Source: a virus. Taken from it: a DNA stretch of 64,000 nucleotides. The notes beneath the pieces were generated by a model that did not search any database, was not told the origin of the DNA, and was given only the letters and a program-made list of their open reading frames with translations. Below, piece after piece: positions 57,387-64,000 of this stretch. The translations under genes and the position numbers were made by a program. The number at the start of each line of letters is the position of its first letter. Positions within the stretch are counted from its first letter, which is position 1. The stretch spans positions 1-64,000 of IMG/VR virus record IMGVR_UViG_3300029268_000006; one strand, given 5' to 3'.

Positions 57387-57608
57387 TGGGTGTGTTCGGT
57401 TTGTGGTGAAAAACATGATCGTGATGTAAATGCAGCAAAAAATATAAAAAATTGGCCGATGGAATGTCGGTTGTTGAACGTGGAGGCCGGCTCTGTGGAC
57501 GAACGTTTCATTTCGATGAAACCTAAGAAGCATCTTGTCTGTGAAACGTTAAAAAAGATGGGTTGAAAACCCAGAAACCACTACATCTTTAGTGTAGTGG
57601 TAATTCAT
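57387..57608 (+). mobile_element. tnpB: IS200/IS605 remnant: TnpB C-terminal zinc ribbon plus omegaRNA/right end
   Basis: WVCSVCGEKHDRDVNAAKNI with no start codon; hairpin ACCACTACA-TCTTTAG-TGTAGTGGT followed by AATTCA. Confidence 0.85.
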
Positions 57609-59130
57609 ATGGTTCCATTTGATTATCTATTCTATCCATTAAACTATAAATATCGGGAATCCCAATTTTTTTAGAATAATCATCAATATTTTGAATTAAT
57701 TCATTATACATATCATAAAAGTCACAAGGTGATGGTAAATATACAACGAATTTATACATGTGTGTGACTGGTTTTTTAAAGTCTATGATGATATAAACAT
57801 GACCACCTAATGCGTAATCATTCCAAAATTCATAGCTTTCACGAGCGAAACACCACAAAGTATTATTACCAAGGGTGATCATATCCCGATTACTACCAAC
57901 CAAAATTATCATAACTTTATTTTTTTCATATACAATATTTGACGATTTACAATATTTAACTTCTTCCCTAATTTGAACTGGTGTTATATCATTTACTAAA
58001 AAATTTTTAATGTCTTTTAAATGTAGTAAAACAGAATCAATTGTTTTATTTTTACTGGAAAATGCCTTTTTAAATATTTTATCAGAATAAACAGGATTGA
58101 TGGTTTTTAATGTATTGAATTGAGACCTTAAATCTTTCATTTTTTGAAATAATTGAACAAATTCCCATCTTGTTCTTGGTTTTCTTATATCATCTCTTAT
58201 ATTACGAAGATAAATACGATCAAAATTTTCTCTAACAAAACCAACAACATATGATCTGTCTTGTAATGCTTCTAATAATTCTAAAATATGTAATTTTGGT
58301 TTCACAATATTATTTGGATCATAATCCACAATAGGGAAAAAATTATTATCATAATCCTTAATATATTCGTACATTTTTTTCATCATCCGGATTGAATTCG
58401 GATTCCAATCATCTTTGTCTTGTTCAAATTGTTTAAAATGATGAAAAGCGTCAGCTATCAATTTTGTATAATTATCTCCACCAGTAATAGATAAAATTAG
58501 TTTTTTATCATTATCAGTAAGTTCACCAGTTTTGAAATATAATTTATTTGCCAATTGAAGATTTTCAGATAATACTAATTTTTTGTTTTGTACTTTTTCA
58601 ATATGATTTTCAATTTTATCAATAATATAATTATCAAATCCATAACTTATCAAATCATATAAATTACTAATTTGTAAATCAATATTATTTGCTGACCAAG
58701 CTTCAATTTTAATATTATTATAAATTGTAAATGTGATGCATAATTTAGATAAATTTACAAAATCATCATCTTCCATTAATTTTTCTAATCTTTCTTGTTC
58801 TTTTTTTGTTAAATCTTCACCATCTTCTTTTTTCTTATTCAAGTAATAATATAATTCGGAATTTTTTTCATTTCTACTAGTTATTTTATCTTTTTTGATT
58901 AAAATAATTAATCCAGTATCACTATATTCATCATTTGGGACATTATCACTATCCCATATTTCTATATATGAACCGTCTGAAACACTAGTACACCAATGTG
59001 TAAAAGCACCATATTTCATGGAAGCTTTTGCGGTTAATGGTGCAACTAAAATATATTTGTTGTCCCTAAAAATATCTATTCTTTCAGATGATTTAACGGA
59101 ACCTTCGAAAATTTTAAAATTAGTAATCAT
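57589..59130 (-). CDS. Hypothetical modular protein
   Basis: N-terminus MITNFKIFE; two G..T.WC modules; last codons lie in the IS end. Confidence 0.7.
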   Translation of the reverse strand: MITNFKIFEGSVKSSERIDIFRDNKYILVAPLTAKASMKYGAFTHWCTSVSDGSYIEIWDSDNVPNDEYSDTGLIILIKKDKITSRNEKNSELYYYLNKKKEDGEDLTKKEQERLEKLMEDDDFVNLSKLCITFTIYNNIKIEAWSANNIDLQISNLYDLISYGFDNYIIDKIENHIEKVQNKKLVLSENLQLANKLYFKTGELTDNDKKLILSITGGDNYTKLIADAFHHFKQFEQDKDDWNPNSIRMMKKMYEYIKDYDNNFFPIVDYDPNNIVKPKLHILELLEALQDRSYVVGFVRENFDRIYLRNIRDDIRKPRTRWEFVQLFQKMKDLRSQFNTLKTINPVYSDKIFKKAFSSKNKTIDSVLLHLKDIKNFLVNDITPVQIREEVKYCKSSNIVYEKNKVMIILVGSNRDMITLGNNTLWCFARESYEFWNDYALGGHVYIIIDFKKPVTHMYKFVVYLPSPCDFYDMYNELIQNIDDYSKKIGIPDIYSLMDRIDNQMEPYELPLH

Positions 59131-59248
59131 ATATATTATTTTTTTATTTTATATAAATTTTGTAATTTTGTATCAAATTAAATAATCATATCATATATAT
59201 TATTTTTTTATTTCATATAAATTTTGTAATTTTGTATCAAATTAAATA
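59126..59248. repeat. 59-nt direct repeat (1 mismatch) duplicating a divergent promoter region
   Basis: 59126-59184 vs 59190-59248, each containing TAATTTTG. Confidence 0.9.
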
Positions 59249-59249
59249 T

Positions 59250-61370
59250 ATGTCAGATTTAGAAAAATATTCGGGAAATTTAGGAAAAGAAATCGAAATT
59301 ATAAAATCATTTCTTGAAAAAGTTTTGGGATCAGATGTTTTAGAAATAGGTGATATTTTTATACAACCATCTTCATCTTATATCGCTGTTAAAGTTACTA
59401 ATATAACATATAAAGAAAATGACAATAAGAATCAAGATCATCTGGGATATAAAGTTATAGTAACTTATAAAAGAGCCTCAAATTGGGAATTGAGTGATTG
59501 GGAAGATGAACATAATTCAGATTTCAATAATTTTAATAGTACTTGGATTAGAAATTCAACAAAGGTTAAACACGGTGAAAATATTTCAGACTATTTAGAC
59601 AAAGCAAAAAAGATTATTTCCGGTGAAATAGATATTGAATCATTAAATGATAATAACGATGATGATACAAATACAGAAACATCACTTATATCAAAAAACT
59701 CAAAAACCAATCTTTTGACACTTCAAAATGATTTAGAAGAAAAAAGGAAAAATGCGGAACTGATTAAATCCTTCGTTTCTATTGAAATGGAGAAAAAGAA
59801 AAGAGAACTTGATAAGATAAGACAAAAATTAAACGGGGTAATCGATATTTTTAAGAAAAAAATAGTCAAAATAATGAAAGTTATCACTACCATTGAATTA
59901 TATCTTGGTATTGATGAAGAATTATTTCAAATTCAAGATGGTGAATTAGCACCAAAAGATACCCCAATATCATTTCGTCAAGCAGTTCTTTATATGGATG
60001 AAGAAATTGGTCATTGGGAAAATGGTGGGTTGGATTTTACAAATATTGACTGGTTTGATCAATGGTTGATAAAAGATAATAATTATAAAAAATTATTACC
60101 TGAAGAAAAAGGGTTGGTTGTTTTCAGACCTAGAAGATATGAAAAGGATTATGGTGGTGATCCTAGATATAATAGTGCAATGAATCAGGAAAATAAATAC
60201 AGAACTTATCTTCTCATAAGAAATGGTGAATGTCTTTATAGGGTTTATACTGAAAATATTGTAATCTTACCTAGATTGTTTCCTAAACGTGATGAGTTAC
60301 AGAAATTGATGAATGAAATTCAAAAAGAAAATTTGAGTTCGTGGAGTGAAGAAAAAAAGCAAGAAAATGTTGAAGATTTGGTTTATCAGTATAAAAAAAG
60401 AGCAATATTACTTCAAGGATTAGTTGATAGAACTGAAGTTTTTCATCCATTACCAGTTGATAAGATAAATATTTTTGATATGACAAATCTTGAAGGAAAA
60501 GTAAATTTCATTTATGATGATGAATATTTATTACCATCCGATAGATTATCATTTTGGGATTGGCATAAAGAAATAAATAGGAAAATAGGAAAAGGTAGTA
60601 GGATATTATTAACTGGATTTCATGATGGTAAACATGGTGTTCGAGATAGAATTTATTATTATTGTAGTGAATATCGAATACCTGATAGACCATCCGTTGG
60701 AATTTATGAAGTCGAAGAATATTTACAGGAAGAAAAAAAGGATATGAAAATGTCCGATTTTGAAGAACTGAAAAAAGTATGGGATGAAAGAGGAATTAAA
60801 TATGAAATAAAAGAAACTCGTAAAAATCAATATCATATAAATTGGGAAAGTAATTTTTCACGTGAAAAAGATTATGTTCCAATATATGAAGATGGTGTTA
60901 TAGTAAAAAGTACATTCATACATTTAACCATTCTTTATAATCCAAAAGATGAAGTTTATGGGCCTTGGGGAACATATGATCCACATGATCGTAAGAAAAG
61001 AATTCGTTTAAGAATATATCCATCTGATGATTTTGTTTTAAATTATGATCAAATAAGTCTGAATGATATTGAATTTTATCTTACGAGTAGGGTGGATAGA
61101 CCTAACTATTTGAAGATGTTACCAATGTTGAATGATATGAAAAAATGGAGAATTCAGGAATTGGAAAATGAAAAGAATTTTACCAAACTTATTTATTCTC
61201 AAGTTTATAAAAATTTCAAAGGAAAATCCGAAGAATATATTTATAATAAAATATGGGAAACTATCGATTGGTGGAAATATAAAAATATGTGGAAAAGACC
61301 TATCGATAAGGATGATACCAAAGCTTTACGAATGATTGTAAAAAAATTGAAAGGTACAACAAATGATTAA
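59250..61370 (+). CDS. Hypothetical protein (~706 aa) with coiled coil
   Basis: Long ORF; ATG 59250 preferred over track TTG 59232. Confidence 0.75.
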   Translation: MSDLEKYSGNLGKEIEIIKSFLEKVLGSDVLEIGDIFIQPSSSYIAVKVTNITYKENDNKNQDHLGYKVIVTYKRASNWELSDWEDEHNSDFNNFNSTWIRNSTKVKHGENISDYLDKAKKIISGEIDIESLNDNNDDDTNTETSLISKNSKTNLLTLQNDLEEKRKNAELIKSFVSIEMEKKKRELDKIRQKLNGVIDIFKKKIVKIMKVITTIELYLGIDEELFQIQDGELAPKDTPISFRQAVLYMDEEIGHWENGGLDFTNIDWFDQWLIKDNNYKKLLPEEKGLVVFRPRRYEKDYGGDPRYNSAMNQENKYRTYLLIRNGECLYRVYTENIVILPRLFPKRDELQKLMNEIQKENLSSWSEEKKQENVEDLVYQYKKRAILLQGLVDRTEVFHPLPVDKINIFDMTNLEGKVNFIYDDEYLLPSDRLSFWDWHKEINRKIGKGSRILLTGFHDGKHGVRDRIYYYCSEYRIPDRPSVGIYEVEEYLQEEKKDMKMSDFEELKKVWDERGIKYEIKETRKNQYHINWESNFSREKDYVPIYEDGVIVKSTFIHLTILYNPKDEVYGPWGTYDPHDRKKRIRLRIYPSDDFVLNYDQISLNDIEFYLTSRVDRPNYLKMLPMLNDMKKWRIQELENEKNFTKLIYSQVYKNFKGKSEEYIYNKIWETIDWWKYKNMWKRPIDKDDTKALRMIVKKLKGTTND

Positions 61371-61521
61371 TTTCGATAACATTGATGATTCAGTCGATCT
61401 AAAAAGAAGATATACCCAAGAACAATTACTGAAGATATGGGATGATACATATCCTAAATTATCAGAAATTAGTAGTGATAAAATTATTATAACAATTACA
61501 CCACCTGAAAGGTGTTTATAA
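61363..61521 (+). CDS. Small hypothetical protein (52 aa)
   Basis: Manual translation; overlaps the upstream stop. Confidence 0.4.
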   Translation: MINFDNIDDSVDLKRRYTQEQLLKIWDDTYPKLSEISSDKIIITITPPERCL

Positions 61522-62610
61522 TTTTCCTGTTCCCTCTAAGTTATCATTTTCAATGGATAAATATCTTGGATGAAAATCGAAACCAATTATTTCACCTTTA
61601 TGATCACCGTCGCGAAGTTTAAGAATTTTTAAACGATATTTGTTATTCTTTCTCATTTCGTTATTTCTGATAATAGCCCATACACAATCCGCTGTTTCAG
61701 CGACAGCTTTACTTTCTGGAATATCCGCCAACTTAATATCATTTGCACCCCAAACAGATTTATCGGTTTGTGTAGCTGTTATCATAGCAACGTTGTATTT
61801 GTCTGCTAAATACCTTAATCCTTCTGCCAGATGTTTTCCTTTTAAGAAAAGGTTGTTACCCATTTCTTTATGTAATTTATCAACAGACATGAGATTAATG
61901 TAGTCAATAATAATCATATCGAATTTAACATTTCTAACTTCAATATATTTATTTATAAGATTATCCAAATCATCGATTGTACATTGACCAGTATTGAATT
62001 TTTTGACCCAAATTTTTCCAATTTTCCCATTATTAAATAAACCTAGATTTGTTGTGTTTTTTAATTGTGATATTTTTGATTTAATAAAATTTGGATCTTT
62101 ACTTAATTCGTCATATTGATCTGCATCAATTTTTAATCTCATTGCACCTAAACGTTTCATAACTTTTCTCTTAGATAATTCGACTGAAACTACTAATACG
62201 TTCGCACCACTATCTGCTGCGTTTTTTGCAGTATTATATAACCACATTGAATTATGACTCAAAATATCATTTGTCCAAAATCTATGATTTTCATCGTTTA
62301 GTTGAAAATCAAACATATTTGATTTTTTATCATGAATATCTTTATAACATTTACAAACAACTTCCACACCATTTTTTGTTTGTATTTTATCACCTGATAC
62401 TAAGTCTTTAACAAAAACTTCGTTCATATTTTCATCAAAAACAATATGGGTATCTGCACATATTAATTCAGATGTTTGTGTTATTAAAACCCATTCATCA
62501 TATTCTATTGTTTTACCTATTGATTTGATATCTGACCAACCATTATCGGTTTCTATTTGCCATTCATCTATTTCTACTGTATCTATAAATTTTCTTTCAA
62601 AATCTAACAT
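61516..62610 (-). CDS. gp41: Replicative helicase C-terminal part beginning with C-intein
   Basis: 120-aa IntC ending ILSHN/S, then SVELS, IIIDYINLM, ITATQ and ILKLRDG DnaB-family motifs. Confidence 0.9.
   Translation of the reverse strand: MLDFERKFIDTVEIDEWQIETDNGWSDIKSIGKTIEYDEWVLITQTSELICADTHIVFDENMNEVFVKDLVSGDKIQTKNGVEVVCKCYKDIHDKKSNMFDFQLNDENHRFWTNDILSHNSMWLYNTAKNAADSGANVLVVSVELSKRKVMKRLGAMRLKIDADQYDELSKDPNFIKSKISQLKNTTNLGLFNNGKIGKIWVKKFNTGQCTIDDLDNLINKYIEVRNVKFDMIIIDYINLMSVDKLHKEMGNNLFLKGKHLAEGLRYLADKYNVAMITATQTDKSVWGANDIKLADIPESKAVAETADCVWAIIRNNEMRKNNKYRLKILKLRDGDHKGEIIGFDFHPRYLSIENDNLEGTGKL
62251..62610 (-). mobile_element. Split intein C-fragment (helicase), 120 aa
   Basis: CADTH block B; MFDF...FWTNDILSHN. 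Confidence 0.9.
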
Positions 62611-62628
62611 TTTTTATTTTATTCTTTT

Positions 62629-63657
62629 TTAACCATTCAAAAAATCTATACACGTTTGAATAGTTTTTTCTTTATGAAATTTATAATCACATTCCCATAC
62701 AATTAAAATATTATATCCAACATCTTTTATAGAATCAATTTTCAATTTATCTTTTTCCCAAATTTCATATGCAAACATTTGGAGATATTTATGAAAATAA
62801 TTTTTATTATATGTTTTAGGATTACAGTGCCAGTAATCACCGTTGAATTCTATTATTTTTTTATTATATACAAAATCATATGAGAATGTTTTTCCCAATT
62901 CTTTAAAATGTCTAAAAAATTGTTTTTTTCCGTAATGAACATTTTCTAATTTTATTTTTTCCAAAATATTTTCAAATAATTCTAATTCTGGTCCGGAATA
63001 ATTATCATATTTAAATTTTACAAAATCACCATTTTTATATTTGGCTTCTATTTTTTCACTCCATTTATTTTGTCTATTATTCCATATTTCTAGACCTTTA
63101 ATTTCACCATATTTTTCTATACATTTTTCTAATGTGAATGTTTTTTGTCTTTCCGATACTTTATTTTTAGATTCATCTTCCGTGAATCCTTTTTTCATCC
63201 AATATAATTTTTGTGTTGGGTTTACATCAGTATATAAGTGTTTATTATCGTGTCTTTTTTTTATTGCTTTTTTAGATATATCATTTTGTATATTTTTTAT
63301 TATTTTTAATGAATCTTCATTATTAAATCCTCTTTTCAACCAAAATTCGATACTTTGTCTGGATTTTTCCTTAAAAAAATTCTTATTTTTTTCGAATGAT
63401 TTTTGTAATCCAATTGTAATTTTTTCACCTCTGTTTAATGCTCTATCATTCATTAAATCAATAGCATCTTTTTTTGATAAACCATATTTATACATAAGAA
63501 ATTCATACGTTCCTGTGGCTCTAGTTTTTCCCAAACACTCTTTGGAATTACATATCCTATGATACCCCCCACTTATATTAAAAAAAATTGAAGGGTTTCC
63601 ACAGTAATAACAAGTACCTTCATTTTCCTTTTTAAAGTGTTTATCATAGTATTCAAA
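62629..63657 (-). CDS. Free-standing Vsr-like endonuclease inside the helicase gene, 5'-truncated
   Basis: YDFV...IIEFNGDYWHCNP. The frame is open to 63657 (FEYYDKHFKK..CYYCG) with no ATG. Confidence 0.75.
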   Translation of the reverse strand, partial: FEYYDKHFKKENEGTCYYCGNPSIFFNISGGYHRICNSKECLGKTRATGTYEFLMYKYGLSKKDAIDLMNDRALNRGEKITIGLQKSFEKNKNFFKEKSRQSIEFWLKRGFNNEDSLKIIKNIQNDISKKAIKKRHDNKHLYTDVNPTQKLYWMKKGFTEDESKNKVSERQKTFTLEKCIEKYGEIKGLEIWNNRQNKWSEKIEAKYKNGDFVKFKYDNYSGPELELFENILEKIKLENVHYGKKQFFRHFKELGKTFSYDFVYNKKIIEFNGDYWHCNPKTYNKNYFHKYLQMFAYEIWEKDKLKIDSIKDVGYNILIVWECDYKFHKEKTIQTCIDFLNG

Positions 63658-64000
63658 TTACAGTTTTAGATAATTGAAAAATTCACCAATTGTAATTTCC
63701 TTTATTTCTTTGGTTTTTTTATTTTTAATTTTTATGTGAGTATTTGATTTACAGCACTTACCAACTCCAGTTTCACCAAGAAATACATTGAATGTTGATT
63801 TATCCCATCCACCGTGCAAAAGTGTGTCTACACTAGACCAACCGGATGTTATTTTATTTTTGGAAACTTCTTGTTTATGTGATTCTGGATCATCAAAATC
63901 GTCACCCAAATCTTCTTCATCTTCAAGTATTGATATATTACTAAATACTGTTTTTACTTTAGATAAAACATCGACAACATTATCATAATCTATTTCTTTC
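63658..64000 (-). CDS. gp41: Replicative helicase N-terminal part ending in N-intein (5' end outside window)
   Basis: ITSGWSSVD..L.GGW...FLGETGVGK then CCKSNT; frame open to the window edge. Confidence 0.9.
   Translation of the reverse strand, partial: KEIDYDNVVDVLSKVKTVFSNISILEDEEDLGDDFDDPESHKQEVSKNKITSGWSSVDTLLHGGWDKSTFNVFLGETGVGKCCKSNTHIKIKNKKTKEIKEITIGEFFNYLKL
63661..63756 (-). mobile_element. Split intein N-fragment (helicase), 32 aa
   Basis: CCKSNTHIKIKNKKTKEIKEITIGEFFNYLKL*. Confidence 0.85.

Noticed and set aside
1-64000. DGR reverse transcriptase or template repeat; intact tnpA/tnpB
   Set aside because: No RT motifs, no second copy of 6001-6150 and no full-length transposase ORF found in the window.
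1-64000. Stop-codon reassignment as in some jumbo phages
   Set aside because: Core genes are long and intact under the standard code; the breaks are explained by inteins or insertions.

Overview
Very AT-rich 64 kb segment of a T4-like jumbo myophage genome. The host is probably Bacteroidota, inferred from TAnnTTTG promoter boxes and lipoproteins. It carries tail genes (sheath, two tube paralogues, baseplate hub), NAD-dependent DNA ligase, ssDNA-binding protein, RNA ligase, Ro60/TROVE and about 12 intact or decayed homing-endonuclease-like genes. Highlights: (1) three 'fractured' essential genes (large terminase, class II RNR, replicative helicase) whose halves carry split inteins separated by free-standing endonucleases, two with atypically short N-inteins in the Walker A loop; (2) three Y-RNA-like structured RNAs sharing a UACUUCG motif directly upstream of Ro60, including a ~240 nt seven-hairpin form and a T-arm form; (3) a ~2.3 kb cassette that appears to have inserted into the ligase 3' end, supplied a recoded replacement end, and carries a GIY-YIG nuclease, two RHH genes and a DUF1566-type gene with a diversity-generating-retroelement variable region (no RT or template in the window); (4) an orphan TnpB omegaRNA with its own promoter, plus a second copy on a TnpB remnant; (5) a nucleotidyltransferase split by a GIY-YIG gene that is fused in frame to its C-half. 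All protein assignments come from motif recognition by eye, not database searches.
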